Shown: in pieces, positions 18,759-30,609 of the stretch
Layout of the letters: each line of letters opens with the position of its first letter
Numbering within the stretch: position 1 is the stretch's first letter
NCBI GenBank assembly: GCA_030425845.1
Contig: JAUHZG010000003.1
Span: 1-42,322, forward strand
DNA length: 42,322 bases
Source of the DNA: Gammaproteobacteria bacterium
GTDB lineage: Bacteria > Pseudomonadota > Gammaproteobacteria > JAUHZG01
Reading direction: 5' to 3'
Notes under the pieces: model-generated
The model's input: only the letters and a program-made list of their open reading frames with translations
The model's database searches: none
What the model was told of the DNA's origin: nothing
Position numbers and translations under genes: made by a program

Positions 18759-19133
18759 TTATTCGCCAATTGCGCGCGCCGAGCAGCGATAAACGTTCCC
18801 CATGGTCATTACACTTGTTTGCGTGGCGCCACCACTGCCGTAGCCGGCACCGCCAGAGAAAGCGGCTCGGTTTGTAATGAGCTGTACGTAGTTACCACCT
18901 TTGTCTAATGCACGGTTGCGTAAGTCATTCTGTGCACCAATTTCTAAATTGCGGTTAGACGTGTAAGAACCCGTGAAGAAGTTGCCTTGGCTGCCAGAGA
19001 CTTGACCTAAGAACTTACAGCCTCGTGGTGGTTTGTTTGGCGAGACGATGACTTTGTCTGCGCCTGGTTTAAGTGCGATCGATGCACAGCCGGCTAATAG
19101 CAATGCGGGTAATAGAAGAGCTGTTTTTTTCAT
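18759..19133 (-). CDS. DUF4156 family lipoprotein
   Basis: Lipobox LAGC; CKFLGQV, GAQNDLRNRA..KGGNYVQL, GNVYRC. Confidence 0.85.
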   Translation of the reverse strand: MKKTALLLPALLLAGCASIALKPGADKVIVSPNKPPRGCKFLGQVSGSQGNFFTGSYTSNRNLEIGAQNDLRNRALDKGGNYVQLITNRAAFSGGAGYGSGGATQTSVMTMGNVYRCSARAIGE

Positions 19134-19343
19134 AATATGTCCTTACCTATTGAAATTACCATTGTCTGAATCGAGGCGAGTATAGCGTGGATGTTACTCG
19201 TTTACAAAAAAACGCAGTATGCAATTTTGTCTATAAACAAATCAGCGAGGGTCGCTTTTTGGCTAATGGTAACAGCGTTTTCGTAGAGAGCTTTGTTACA
19301 GTTGGCCACCATGTGGCGGTTATATGTAATTTTATAGTCGCTA

Positions 19344-19376
19344 TTTAATAATTCCTTAAGGTTAAACTGTTATCGT
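19344..19376 (+). promoter_or_regulatory. PmrA-box-like promoter
   Basis: tTTAA-taattc-cTTAA-11 nt-TATCGT, 24 nt before ATG 19401. Confidence 0.58.
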
Positions 19377-19400
19377 TTTTGCTATCTATTCAAAATACAA

Positions 19401-19877
19401 ATGAGTTATACAATGTTAGATACGACTAGAGCTATCTTAGTGGACTTGAGGACGGACGTTGCTAATTTTTTCGAGCAATGGGCGATATACAATACAAGCG
19501 ATCCGTGTGCTACAAGTTGTTCATTTTATTTCTTTACAGCAGTTGATACATTAACCGGACAGAACTCTTTCGCATCTGGACTGGATTCACTTAACGTAAA
19601 TTTGCACAGCAAGGCATTGATCAGTCTGCTCGATAGGTTATACGTGATTAATGACCGTCAACTTCCCATCAAGGAACAAACCGATCAGGCCGTGCTCGAT
19701 CATATTAATGATCTGCATAGACTTTTATCTGACACCACCCTTGGCGAGAAGAAAAGTTGGCAGCCAAATAGAATGTTCGAACCCATTCGCGCTCTACTAG
19801 CGAAGCTTGAGCGCGCTCACACACAGATTGCTGACTCACTAGGGATATCAGCTAATTCCCACACTCCAGGTGTTTGA
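19401..19877 (+). CDS. Hypothetical protein, candidate Dot/Icm effector
   Basis: 158-aa orphan ORF with a PmrA-like box; no domain recognised. Confidence 0.6.
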   Translation: MSYTMLDTTRAILVDLRTDVANFFEQWAIYNTSDPCATSCSFYFFTAVDTLTGQNSFASGLDSLNVNLHSKALISLLDRLYVINDRQLPIKEQTDQAVLDHINDLHRLLSDTTLGEKKSWQPNRMFEPIRALLAKLERAHTQIADSLGISANSHTPGV

Positions 19878-19895
19878 CAACATTAATAAAGATGA

Positions 19896-19914
19896 AAGCC
19901 CATTGGATGGGCTT
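19896..19914. terminator. Hairpin between convergent genes
   Basis: AAGCCCAT-TGG-ATGGGCTT. Confidence 0.6.
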
Positions 19915-19921
19915 AAATTAT

Positions 19922-20377
19922 CTAAGCCACGCCACTTGAGCCAAAGCCGCCTTCACCACGGTCGGTTTCTGCGAACTCTTCAACTACTTCAAATTGCGCC
20001 TGTACCACGGGCACGATGACAAGCTGTGCGATTCTGTCGCCTGGGTTTACTGTAAAGTGATCGTTACCGCGGTTCCAGACGGAAATTTTAAGGGGACCCT
20101 GGTAGTCGGAATCAATTAAACCGACAAGATTACCTAACACGATGCCGTGTTTATGCCCCAAGCCGGACCGAGGTAACAAGACGGCGGCTAAATGTGGATC
20201 TTCTAAATAAATGGAGATCCCAGTATCAAGTAACTGTGTTTCACCGGGGGCGAGTTGCAGTGGTTCATCTAATACAACCCGCAAGTCCATCCCAGCAGAG
20301 CCTTCGGTAGAATAGGTAGGTAGTGGGATCTCGTTACCGATGCGTTTATCTAAAATCTTCACTTGTACTTTATTCAT
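19922..20377 (-). CDS. dut: dUTP diphosphatase
   Basis: [40 protein letters not shown]. Confidence 0.97.
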   Translation of the reverse strand: MNKVQVKILDKRIGNEIPLPTYSTEGSAGMDLRVVLDEPLQLAPGETQLLDTGISIYLEDPHLAAVLLPRSGLGHKHGIVLGNLVGLIDSDYQGPLKISVWNRGNDHFTVNPGDRIAQLVIVPVVQAQFEVVEEFAETDRGEGGFGSSGVA

Positions 20378-21566
20378 GGTTCTCACTCTCTGTTGCAATA
20401 GAATCTATAATGGCGGCTGCACACTTGGCCTTGCTCATCCTTGGTAGTGCTTGCTTGCTATCTTTATGATAAATCGTAATAGCATTCTCGTCACTGGCAA
20501 AGCCGACGGATGGTTCACTTATATCATTGGCTATCAACATTGCCAAGCGCTTCTCGCGAAGTTTACGTGTGGCATGTTTGTCGTGATCCTGGGTTTGTGC
20601 ACTAAAGCCTACACACATCACATCTGGATACTCGTGACTGACTGTGGCAAGGATATCTTCAGTGCGCTGAAACTCTATCACAAGATTGGCGGTTTGCTTG
20701 GGACTCTTGTGTGCGTTTTTCTTTATGGGAGTGTAATCCGCTACAGCGGCGGCACTGATAAAAATATCGGTTTGTGGCATGTGCTGGTGAACGGCTTGTG
20801 CCATGTCAGCGGCACTAATGACATCGATGCGCTCAACGCCGCGCGGAGTTGCTAAGGTGACAGGCCCTGCGATCAGGGTGACACGTGCGCCCGCGTTCAC
20901 CGCTTCGCGCGCCAAGGCAAAGCCCATCTTACCGCTACTCGGGTTAGATAAAAAGCGTGCGGGATCTAAGTGTTCGCGTGTCGGGCCAGCGCTGATCGTG
21001 ACACGCTTGCCGGCAAGTTTGCCTGTGAGCAGTGTGGATTGGATATGAGTGAATAATTCCTCGGGCTCTAGCATGCGCCCAGGACCCACATCACCACAAG
21101 CTTGCTCACCACTGGCGGGTCCCCAAATGGCGACACCATTTTCCGCTAAGGTAGCTAGGTTTGCTGTGGTTTGTGGGTGGCGATACATGGCTTGGTTCAT
21201 GGCAGGTGCTACGGCGACTGGAGCTGGGGTAGCGAGCGCTGTGGTGAGTAATAGATTGTCGGCTTCGCCCGCGGCAAGTTTGGCCAGTGTATCGGCGGTG
21301 GCGGGGGCGATGAGGAACAGATCGGCAAAGCGTGCGAGCTCAATATGGCCCATGGCAGCTTCGGCTTTGGCGTCCAACAGGTCTTCGTGTACAGGATTAC
21401 CACACAGTGCCTGCACGGTGATGGGTGTAATAAAGGCTTTGGCACTTTGGGTCATGATCACTCTGACACTAGCCCCTGACTTAGTTAACTCCCTGATTAA
21501 TATGGGTATTTTGTAGGCGGCAATGCCGCCTGTGATGCCAATTAGGATGTTTTTGTGTTCGAGCAT
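20370..21566 (-). CDS. coaBC: Bifunctional phosphopantothenoylcysteine decarboxylase/ligase
   Basis: [46 protein letters not shown]. Confidence 0.96.
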   Translation of the reverse strand: MLEHKNILIGITGGIAAYKIPILIRELTKSGASVRVIMTQSAKAFITPITVQALCGNPVHEDLLDAKAEAAMGHIELARFADLFLIAPATADTLAKLAAGEADNLLLTTALATPAPVAVAPAMNQAMYRHPQTTANLATLAENGVAIWGPASGEQACGDVGPGRMLEPEELFTHIQSTLLTGKLAGKRVTISAGPTREHLDPARFLSNPSSGKMGFALAREAVNAGARVTLIAGPVTLATPRGVERIDVISAADMAQAVHQHMPQTDIFISAAAVADYTPIKKNAHKSPKQTANLVIEFQRTEDILATVSHEYPDVMCVGFSAQTQDHDKHATRKLREKRLAMLIANDISEPSVGFASDENAITIYHKDSKQALPRMSKAKCAAAIIDSIATESENHE

Positions 21567-21677
21567 GACCACCGCCTTTTAACTGCTGCAGGTTTTGCTT
21601 GCGTGAGAGTGTCAGATCTCTTATCATTAGCGCCCTTTATATCAGAGCTGTGAAGCGATTGGAATACGGAGCAGAGT

Positions 21678-21989
21678 ATGTACGCGGTAATTAAGAGCGG
21701 CGGGAAACAATACCGAGTGGCACAAGGCCAGGTATTACGTTTAGAAAAATTAGACACTGAAGCGGGTGCAGACGTGACTTTTGACAACGTGTTATTAGTC
21801 GCTGATGGCGAAAACATTAAAGTAGGTAAGCCTGCTGTTGATGGCGCGAAAGTTGTCGCTGTTGTAATGGAGCACGGTCGTCGTAAGAAAATCGACGTGA
21901 TTAAATTCAAACGTCGTAAAAACTATCGTCGTACCAAAGGGCACAAGCAGCATTACACGCAAGTAAAGATCAAAGAAATTCAAGCATAA
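21678..21989 (+). CDS. rplU: 50S ribosomal protein L21
   Basis: [14 protein letters not shown]...KFKRRKNY...GHKQ. Confidence 0.98.
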   Translation: MYAVIKSGGKQYRVAQGQVLRLEKLDTEAGADVTFDNVLLVADGENIKVGKPAVDGAKVVAVVMEHGRRKKIDVIKFKRRKNYRRTKGHKQHYTQVKIKEIQA

Positions 21990-22003
21990 CGAGGATTTAG
22001 ACA

Positions 22004-22276
22004 ATGGCTCATAAGAAAGCAGGTGGTAGTACCCGAAATGGTCGCGATTCGAATCCACAGTTTCGTGGTGTGAAACGCTACGGGGGCGAATTCGTACAAG
22101 CGGGCAACATTATCGTGCGCCAAGTGGGATCAACTTTCCACGCTGGTGACAATGTTGGTACCGGTAAAGATTACACACTATTTGCGCTTCACGATGGTTT
22201 TGTTAAGTTTGCTGTTAAAGGCAAAAACCGTCGTAAGACTGTAGAAGTGGTTGCACAAGAAGAAACAAGCGCATAA
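22004..22276 (+). CDS. rpmA: 50S ribosomal protein L27
   Basis: [16 protein letters not shown]. Confidence 0.98.
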   Translation: MAHKKAGGSTRNGRDSNPQFRGVKRYGGEFVQAGNIIVRQVGSTFHAGDNVGTGKDYTLFALHDGFVKFAVKGKNRRKTVEVVAQEETSA

Positions 22277-22315
22277 GTCGCGAAGAATTTTCTTCTGCAA
22301 GCAAACATTAGTACG

Positions 22316-22347
22316 AAAAGCCTCGATCACAATGATCGGGGCTTTTT
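22316..22347 (+). terminator. Intrinsic terminator after rpmA
   Basis: AAAAGCCTCGATCA-CAA-TGATCGGGGCTTTTT. Confidence 0.8.
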
Positions 22348-22435
22348 CGGTTAGGGATTAGTGCGAGCGCGTAGCAGGTTATCCAGCAAGGCAATAACAT
22401 CGTGTGGTAAAACACAGATTGAATGAAATAGGTAA

Positions 22436-23455
<1,020 letters not shown>

Positions 23456-23515
23456 CACGTTACGCACTAATTGATTACATGTGCATTAGATCATTACTAC
23501 TAGGCAAAAATTACT

Positions 23516-24637
23516 ATGCAACGGCTGCAACCAGTCCGTCAATTCGATCCCGCTAATCTGTTACTCCTCTCGTACGCGGCTTTGGCGCCTGTTTTGCAAA
23601 TGCTGATTTTATTCAATAGCGTCTCAGGACATTACAACGAGGCTCTTGAAGAATATGCCAAAAGCCATTGCCCACAGGAGAAAGCTTTTTCTTTTCCTGT
23701 TTTAGGATTATCACCGGAGAGGCCTACTTTTTGGATCTCCTTCTTAACTTATTTTCTTGCTAGCACGTTGGCCTCCATCGTTATGCTTGAATGCGTTGTC
23801 GATAATAGGCTGCAAACAAATGCACAAGTAGGAACACTCAAAGCAAAGCTAAATGCGATGTATATGTTGGCGAAGAGACGTTATTACGAGCTAGTTTCAA
23901 TGGCTATTTTTATGCTGACAAGTGTTTTGCCCGCGATTAGCTATTGCTTTAACGGTCAAGATGACGGGTTGCTATTCGGTGAGAAGAAACAATTAATTAA
24001 ATGCGGCGAACAGAACCGATATTTCGAACCGCTACTTCCTGGTTTCCTCTTTGATTCGTGGACGGCTTGGCCACTCAGCTTAGTGAGTACATTATATTTA
24101 CCCTGCTTGTCACTGACTTTTTTATACATGTTGCGCCCGTATTGTAGTGCTAAGATAGAACATGACGGTGTGATGTATTATTTAAGGGGGGAGCACCCTG
24201 CACAGGCTAGTACTTATCAGTTTAGCGACGATGGTGAGGGAGCTGTTTTTCTGCATACCCCTGAACCTGATCCTGCTTTATGTGGTGCTTTACAATGGCT
24301 CGAAGATGGGCAAGTTAGGCAAGTATGGCCTATGTTGGACTTAGAGTTGGGACATGAGGCTGTCGACGCGCAAGCAAGTGCTGAATGGAGAGCGCTGGTT
24401 GCTGAGGCGAATAGGGTGGCTAATCTTAGAGGTATACCTATAGGGGTAAGAGGCGAAGGACCTTACTTTATTCAGGGACGTTGTGATGGTCGCGCCCTTT
24501 TGTTGAGAGAGTACAATGACGGTGGGGAGCTTGTGGTGACTTATGAGTTGCAGCGAAATGCTGTTACAGCGAGATTTGATTGGCAGGTACGCTACCCCGA
24601 TCATGGCGCGGGGATACCGCTGGCACCAGGACGATGA
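23516..24637 (+). CDS. Hypothetical multi-pass membrane protein
   Basis: 373-aa ORF with about 4 hydrophobic segments and a soluble C-terminal half; no family recognised. Confidence 0.6.
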   Translation: MQRLQPVRQFDPANLLLLSYAALAPVLQMLILFNSVSGHYNEALEEYAKSHCPQEKAFSFPVLGLSPERPTFWISFLTYFLASTLASIVMLECVVDNRLQTNAQVGTLKAKLNAMYMLAKRRYYELVSMAIFMLTSVLPAISYCFNGQDDGLLFGEKKQLIKCGEQNRYFEPLLPGFLFDSWTAWPLSLVSTLYLPCLSLTFLYMLRPYCSAKIEHDGVMYYLRGEHPAQASTYQFSDDGEGAVFLHTPEPDPALCGALQWLEDGQVRQVWPMLDLELGHEAVDAQASAEWRALVAEANRVANLRGIPIGVRGEGPYFIQGRCDGRALLLREYNDGGELVVTYELQRNAVTARFDWQVRYPDHGAGIPLAPGR

Positions 24638-24773
24638 GCAAGCGTGATACCCCTCTCAAACTGCCGCAAAGCACACTTGAAAATAATCGAGTGTTGATGC
24701 AAATAAAGATGGTCAAGTTCCTGAAAGAGGCTTATATTTATTCTCAGATAAACTTAAATTATGGAGAGTAAAA

Positions 24774-25115
24774 ATGAGAAAACTAATCTTGACGGCCGGC
24801 TGGGTTGCATTGGTCTTTGGTCTGAGTGGAGTTGCTAGTGCAAGCCTAGTTCAGCATCAAGCTGATGCTCTAAGTCTTCAAGCGGCAGCGCCTTTAGTTA
24901 AGTTGGTCAGTGATGATCAAGACGATGCAAGCGCGGCGGATACCCAGGCTGATTCTCAAAGTGCTGACAGTGATAGCGATCAGAGCGCTAATAACGACAG
25001 TGATAGTGATAACAGCCAATACAGCGATGACGATTCTGATTCACAGGCAGCAAGTGCAGATGACTCTAGCAACTCGGCAGCAAATGATGAATCTGACGAC
25101 TCTGATTCTGACTAA
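24774..25115 (+). CDS. Exported Asp/Ser-rich low-complexity protein
   Basis: GGAGA SD; signal peptide ending ASA; C-terminal about 68 aa almost entirely D, S, N, Q, A. Confidence 0.7.
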   Translation: MRKLILTAGWVALVFGLSGVASASLVQHQADALSLQAAAPLVKLVSDDQDDASAADTQADSQSADSDSDQSANNDSDSDNSQYSDDDSDSQAASADDSSNSAANDESDDSDSD

Positions 25116-25140
25116 AGCGGATCTGGCATGATAGGGTTTG

Positions 25141-25198
25141 GCCTTTTTCCCTTAAAAAAGGCACTCAACAAAAAAACCGCCCTAAAGGCGGCTTTTTT
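25141..25198. terminator. Tandem hairpins / bidirectional terminator
   Basis: GCCTTTTT-CCCTTA-AAAAAGGC, then A7-CCGCC-CTAAA-GGCGG-C-T6, between convergent genes. Confidence 0.8.
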
Positions 25199-25229
25199 GT
25201 CAGCTAATCAAACGCTTAGCAGGCGTGGA

Positions 25230-25493
25230 TTAAGCCATTTCTTTGATGCGCGCGTTAAGACGGCTTTTGTGTCTAGCGGCTTTGTTCTTGTGAATTAAGC
25301 CCTTACCAGCCACTCTGTCGATGACAGGGACGGCTTCTTTGTAGGCATCGTTAGCAGCGTTTTTATCGCCTGCTTCGATAGCGTTAACCACACGCTTAAT
25401 GTAAGTTCTGAGCATAGAACGAACACTCATGGTACGTTGGCGGCGCTTAACCGCTTGTCTTGCGCGTTTACGTGCTTGAGGTGAATTTGCCAC
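25230..25493 (-). CDS. rpsT: 30S ribosomal protein S20
   Basis: [13 protein letters not shown]...[13 protein letters not shown]; GTG start. Confidence 0.98.
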   Translation of the reverse strand: MANSPQARKRARQAVKRRQRTMSVRSMLRTYIKRVVNAIEAGDKNAANDAYKEAVPVIDRVAGKGLIHKNKAARHKSRLNARIKEMA

Positions 25494-25556
25494 GGATAAA
25501 CTCCAAATTAATCAATTAATCTACGTGCGCCATCTGGCAACACATCTGGGGTGCCG

Positions 25557-25585
25557 ATCATGCGCATTATTGCTCCCATTGTCAA
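25557..25585 (-). promoter_or_regulatory. Sigma70-type promoter of rpsT
   Basis: Minus strand TTGACA-17 nt-CATGAT. Confidence 0.5.
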
Positions 25586-25681
25586 TATAATCGGGCGAAA
25601 TAGGTGGCGATAGTGAAAAAAAAATTGGTAAGCTATAAAATACAATCCGTCACAAGCAAGTTAGTTTAAAAAAAGGACACT

Positions 25682-26821
25682 ATGATTAAAAAAACCTCCC
25701 GCCCTAAAGTGATTACACTTTTTATTTTGTTATGTGTTTTGGCTTTCTTCTGCCGGGGTTGGTGGTTGCATAATCTAAGTTATTGTTTGCCAGTTCGGAA
25801 CGCGTCTGTCCATGCGTCTGGCGAGAAGCACCGCTTACTTTTCAAGCCCAAAAATCCAAAATTGATACGCGTGCTTGTGCTCTCAGGGGGCGGGGTGCGT
25901 GGCTTGGTGAGCTTAGAAGTGCTCAAAGCGATCGAGAAAAAAGCTCATGAGCCCATTGCTGATTTGTTCGATTTATTTGTGGGGACCTCAACCGGGGCGA
26001 TAGCAGAGGCATCACTGCTAAAGCCTAATGAGAAGGGACAGCCAGAGTACACAACAGGCCAAGTGATTGAGTTCTATCACAGTCTTAGTAAGGAAGTTTT
26101 TAGACGGTCGTGGGTGTATCGGCTAGAGACGTTGAATGGGCTGCTAGGGCCTAAATATCCTTCGGAGCAGAAGTACCAGATTTTCAATAACAGGTTTAAG
26201 GGTTTAGAATTCAACCAGCTAATTAAACCGATGCTGATCCCGACGTATTCGCTTAATAGCGCAATTCCGATTCAATTTAGCAATTGGGGCAAAGAGTCTT
26301 ATCGTTACTATGTTAAAGATTTATTAATGGCGGCTACGGCACCACCAACTATTTTTCGACCTATTTATATGCATGTCATGAGGCGAGATCACGATGAAGA
26401 GCTGGTGGATGGGGCGATTTATGCGAACAACCCGTCGTTAATTGCGCTTGGAGTTGTGCTGAGTCGTTTTCCTCACGCAAAGTATGTGTTTGTTCATGTG
26501 GGGACAGGAATAAAGGCGCCGCATTTGCAGGTGGCACAAGTGAGTCACTGGGGATTGTTTAACTGGTCTACAAACATTATGAATGTTGTACTAAATGCAA
26601 ATTCCATCAATGCGGACAAAACAATGGAGTACACAGACTCTCATCTGAATACTCTTCGCTATGTGGATTTTAACAGTGCGCTGCCAGAGAAATTGTGGGC
26701 TATCGACGATACCTCGAAAGGCACTCAGAGAGCACTGAAAAAATTTGGGAGAAGTATAGTGCACGCACACCAAAAGCAGCTAGATGCTGTGGTTAAGCTC
26801 CTCAAAAGAGATAAGGCTTGA
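25682..26821 (+). CDS. Patatin-like phospholipase with N-terminal membrane anchor/signal
   Basis: LSGGGVRG, GTSTG, APPTIF, DGAIYANNP. Confidence 0.92.
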   Translation: MIKKTSRPKVITLFILLCVLAFFCRGWWLHNLSYCLPVRNASVHASGEKHRLLFKPKNPKLIRVLVLSGGGVRGLVSLEVLKAIEKKAHEPIADLFDLFVGTSTGAIAEASLLKPNEKGQPEYTTGQVIEFYHSLSKEVFRRSWVYRLETLNGLLGPKYPSEQKYQIFNNRFKGLEFNQLIKPMLIPTYSLNSAIPIQFSNWGKESYRYYVKDLLMAATAPPTIFRPIYMHVMRRDHDEELVDGAIYANNPSLIALGVVLSRFPHAKYVFVHVGTGIKAPHLQVAQVSHWGLFNWSTNIMNVVLNANSINADKTMEYTDSHLNTLRYVDFNSALPEKLWAIDDTSKGTQRALKKFGRSIVHAHQKQLDAVVKLLKRDKA

Positions 26822-26825
26822 TCCA

Positions 26826-27968
26826 ATGAATCAAATTTCAGATAAACACTATTATCAAACGGCACGCACTATCACGCTCATTAGCCTTGTCTGTAATGCG
26901 TTGCTGAGTGCGTTTAAGATCACCTTTGGGATTATCGGGTACTCGCACGCGTTGCTATCAGATGGCGTTCACTCACTTTCTGATCTGTTAACGGATGCGA
27001 TTATTATCTTTGTGGCGAAGGTATCGACCACCCAGGCGGATGAGGACCATCCCTATGGGCATGGGCGCTATGAGACGATAGCGACGATTTTTCTGGCGAT
27101 GATAATCATGTTCGCCGGTGGTGAGATTGTCTATCGTAGCATTATTAATTTCTCTTTGCCGGTGACACATCTGCCCAGCACCATGGCCTTAATCGTCACG
27201 CTGGCCTCCATCGCGTTGAATGAAGGCTTGTATCATTTGACGTACAAGCGTGCAAAAGAGATTAACTCAACTATCATCGAAGCCAATGCTTGGCATCACC
27301 GTGTCGATGGGTTTTCATCCATTATTGTACTGATAAGCATACTAGGTACCTGGCTGGGGGCGGCACACTTAGACTCGGTAGCCTCTATATTGGTTGCTTT
27401 CTTCATTTTTCGAATGGGCTTTCACATGGTGTTTGAGAGCGTAAGCGAGCTCGTTGACACGGGGCTAGACAGCGAAGAGCTTGCGGCTATTCATCAGCAT
27501 ATTCTTTCAGTAGAGGGCGCCCAAGCGGTTCATCAACTGCGCACACGTAAAATGCGTGGCCAAGTGTTTTTAGACGTGCACATTATTGTTTCAAGTACTA
27601 TTAGTGTTTCTGAAGGGCATTTTCTTGCAGATAAGGTGGCGCATGCATTGCTAGATAATATAGCGAATGTGACGGATGTCACGGTACATGTCGATCCTGA
27701 GGATGATGATATTATCACCGAGGAACCACAGTTTCCGATGCGCAGTGAGTTGCTTGACCAATTGAAACCGCTAATCGAGCATTTGCCCGGAGGGAAGTCC
27801 GCAGAGATTGTCATCCATTACCTCGATGGCAAGGTGACACTGGAGCTGGTGCTGATGAGTAGAGATTTACCAGGCACACTCGATCTAGCCTCTCTCAAGC
27901 CCGAGTATGATAAGGCGCTTGGTGCATTGACGTCAGTGGCAGGCTATAGCTTACGGGTTCTGCTGTAG
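26826..27968 (+). CDS. Cation diffusion facilitator (FieF-like) transporter
   Basis: ALLSDGVHSLSD, HPYGHGRYE, NAWHHRVD, VSEGH, VTVHVDP. Confidence 0.92.
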   Translation: MNQISDKHYYQTARTITLISLVCNALLSAFKITFGIIGYSHALLSDGVHSLSDLLTDAIIIFVAKVSTTQADEDHPYGHGRYETIATIFLAMIIMFAGGEIVYRSIINFSLPVTHLPSTMALIVTLASIALNEGLYHLTYKRAKEINSTIIEANAWHHRVDGFSSIIVLISILGTWLGAAHLDSVASILVAFFIFRMGFHMVFESVSELVDTGLDSEELAAIHQHILSVEGAQAVHQLRTRKMRGQVFLDVHIIVSSTISVSEGHFLADKVAHALLDNIANVTDVTVHVDPEDDDIITEEPQFPMRSELLDQLKPLIEHLPGGKSAEIVIHYLDGKVTLELVLMSRDLPGTLDLASLKPEYDKALGALTSVAGYSLRVLL

Positions 27969-28037
27969 CTATTTGCTTTGTCCTTGGGTTAGAATATTGT
28001 TTTAACTTTATTCGTTTTACGACGCCAGGGGGCATGC

Positions 28038-29441
28038 ATGTCAGATATCTTAGAACACATCAAACAAGAAGAAATCAGCTTCATCGATTTACGTTTTACC
28101 GACACACTCGGCAAAGAGCAACATGTCACTATTCCAAGCGGTGTTGTCGATACCGAATTTTTTACTGAAGGTAAGATGTTCGACGGTTCTTCTATCTCTG
28201 GTTGGAAGAGTATCCATAATTCTGACATGATCCTAAAGCCCGATGTGGATACTGCGGTTCGCGATCCCTTCTGTGAAGAGGCGACGCTCAATATACGTTG
28301 CGACATTGTTGAGCCTAGCACCATGATGCCTTATGAGCGCGATCCACGATCTCTGGCCAAAAAAGCCGAAGAATACTTAAAATCTACCGGGATAGCCGAT
28401 ACCTGCTTCTTTGGGCCTGAGCCTGAGTTTTTTATTTTTGATGATGTTCGTTGGAATGTTGAAATGCGCGGGGCGTCTTATTCGGTTGATTCGGCTGAAG
28501 CGGCATGGAACTCGAACAAGATCATCGAAGGCGGTAACATTGGACACCGTCCTTCGGTCAAAGGCGGTTACTTTCCGGTGCCACCGGTTGATTCGTCGCA
28601 GGATCTGCGCTCTACCATGTGTATGATCCTAGAAGAGATGGGGCTTAAGGTCGAAGCTCACCACCATGAGGTGGCGACCGGTAACCAAAACGAAATTGCC
28701 ACTCAGTTCAACACATTAGTGAAGAAAGCGGATGAAATGCAAATCCTCAAATATGTCGTCCACAATGTTGCGCATGCCTACGGTAAGTCAGCCACATTCA
28801 TGCCTAAACCTTTAGTTGGCGACAATGGTAGTGGTATGCATTGCCATCAGTCATTGGCGAAAGACGGCAAAAATATCTTTGCCGGGGATAACTATGCGGG
28901 GTTATCGGATGAAGCGCTTTATTATATTGGTGGTATCATCAAACACGCTAAAGCGATTAATGCCTTCACCAACTCAACTACCAATAGCTATAAGCGCTTG
29001 GTACCTGGTTTTGAAGCGCCGGTCTTGTTGGCTTATTCTTCTCGCAATCGCTCAGCGTCTATTCGGGTGCCTTATGTTGCTAATCCTAAAGCAAGACGAA
29101 TTGAGGTGCGCTTCCCAGATGCCGCATGTAACCCATACTTGGCGTTCACGTCAATGTTGATGGCGGGTCTCGATGGGATCAAAAACAAAATCCACCCAGG
29201 TGAAGCGATGGAGAAAGATCTTTATGATTTACCTACTGAAGAAACACAAGAGATCCCACACGTGGCAAGTTCATTAAAAGAAGCCTTGAACGCACTGGAT
29301 GAGGATAGAGCCTTTCTGCTAGAAGGCGATGTGTTCACTAATGATGTGATTGAAGGCTACAAAAAACTCAAAGAAGCAGAGTGGTTGCGCTACATGATGA
29401 CAACGCATCCGGTCGAATTTGAGCTTTACTATAGTTTGTAA
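28038..29441 (+). CDS. glnA: Glutamine synthetase type I-beta
   Basis: [43 protein letters not shown], adenylylation site DLYDLP. Confidence 0.98.
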   Translation: MSDILEHIKQEEISFIDLRFTDTLGKEQHVTIPSGVVDTEFFTEGKMFDGSSISGWKSIHNSDMILKPDVDTAVRDPFCEEATLNIRCDIVEPSTMMPYERDPRSLAKKAEEYLKSTGIADTCFFGPEPEFFIFDDVRWNVEMRGASYSVDSAEAAWNSNKIIEGGNIGHRPSVKGGYFPVPPVDSSQDLRSTMCMILEEMGLKVEAHHHEVATGNQNEIATQFNTLVKKADEMQILKYVVHNVAHAYGKSATFMPKPLVGDNGSGMHCHQSLAKDGKNIFAGDNYAGLSDEALYYIGGIIKHAKAINAFTNSTTNSYKRLVPGFEAPVLLAYSSRNRSASIRVPYVANPKARRIEVRFPDAACNPYLAFTSMLMAGLDGIKNKIHPGEAMEKDLYDLPTEETQEIPHVASSLKEALNALDEDRAFLLEGDVFTNDVIEGYKKLKEAEWLRYMMTTHPVEFELYYSL

Positions 29442-29467
29442 GTGTTAACTATTACAGGAGTATACCA

Positions 29468-30034
29468 TTGAGGGTAATTGGGCTGATAAGTTTATTATTG
29501 ATTTTTGGCGTAGGGGGGGCCCAGATTTATCGCCATGTTGACAGTAATGGCCGAATTACCTTTAGTGATATTCCCTCCGATGGGGCAACAGCTGTACGCC
29601 TTGACAACTTGCAAGTGATCACCAACCCCAACTATACGCCTAATGAGACCGAGGAAGGTGATGTGGATGACAATGGACAAGCCACGGATGAAGAGACACC
29701 ACAGTTATTTACTATTACCTTGACCAAACCCGCGGAAAAAGCCACGGTAAGAGAAAACAACGGTAACGTTGAGGTGGCTTGGAAGCTAAGCCGTGCACTC
29801 GGCAAAAATGAATCGGTTATTGTCTTGTTAGACGGTAAAGATATGGGGATCAAGATAAAATCTAACGGTGCAAAGCTCACTAACGTCGATAGAGGCACCC
29901 ATACTTTACAGGTTGAAGTGATCAAAATGCTGGGTGACACACAGCTGTCGGAAGTGAAAAGTGACACGGTTACTTTTTACATGCATAGAATGATCAAGCC
30001 TAAGGCACCAACACCCGTCCCACCTGCTTCGTAG
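29468..30034 (+). CDS. DUF4124-domain exported protein
   Basis: IYRHVDSNGRITFSDIP and C-terminal NVDRGTHTLQVEV; TTG start after AGGAG. Confidence 0.82.
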   Translation: MRVIGLISLLLIFGVGGAQIYRHVDSNGRITFSDIPSDGATAVRLDNLQVITNPNYTPNETEEGDVDDNGQATDEETPQLFTITLTKPAEKATVRENNGNVEVAWKLSRALGKNESVIVLLDGKDMGIKIKSNGAKLTNVDRGTHTLQVEVIKMLGDTQLSEVKSDTVTFYMHRMIKPKAPTPVPPAS

Positions 30035-30035
30035 C

Positions 30036-30605
30036 ATGAGCGTTGTTGTCAAATCTGTGAATAGCGAGGTGCGCCTGTATCCAGGAATTTTTTCCTCTGT
30101 TGAATTCAAAAATTTGGAAGTTGCTATTGATTGGCAACATGAGAGCTTGATGCTGTATGGCAGGCAAGTACGTGTACCAAGACTCGTAGCCTTTTATGGT
30201 GATGCTGGCGTTCATTATCGTTATTCGGGACTAGATCATTTAGCCTTACCCTGGCTGCACGATTTGCGTGAAATTCGTGATACACTGCAAAGCGAGTTTT
30301 CGCAGGTATTTAACAGTGTTTTGGCGAACTTCTATCGAGATGGCAGTGATCACATGGGATGGCATCAAGATAACGAACCAGCATTAGGGAGCAATCCTGT
30401 GATTGCTTCAGTTTCGCTTGGGCAAACAAGACGTTTTAAACTACGTCATAAACAAACACGTGAGGTGATGGCGATTGATTTAACACACGGAGATGTATTG
30501 CTCATGCAAGGCGCGTGTCAGCATGAATATGAACATACGCTGACAAAAACAGCTAAGCCAGTTGCCGGTAGAATCAACTTAACATTCAGACAGATAAACA
30601 GGTGA
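30036..30605 (+). CDS. AlkB-family 2OG-Fe(II) dioxygenase (ALKBH2/3-like)
   Basis: PRLVAFYG, FNSVLANFYRDGSDHMGWHQD, H-TLTK, RINLTFR. Confidence 0.9.
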   Translation: MSVVVKSVNSEVRLYPGIFSSVEFKNLEVAIDWQHESLMLYGRQVRVPRLVAFYGDAGVHYRYSGLDHLALPWLHDLREIRDTLQSEFSQVFNSVLANFYRDGSDHMGWHQDNEPALGSNPVIASVSLGQTRRFKLRHKQTREVMAIDLTHGDVLLMQGACQHEYEHTLTKTAKPVAGRINLTFRQINR

Positions 30606-30609
30606 GAAG

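Noticed and set aside
25682-26821. Patatin as a CBASS CapV-type defence effector
   Set aside because: No cyclase (CD-NTase) nearby, and it has an N-terminal export or anchor segment; an ordinary patatin is more likely.
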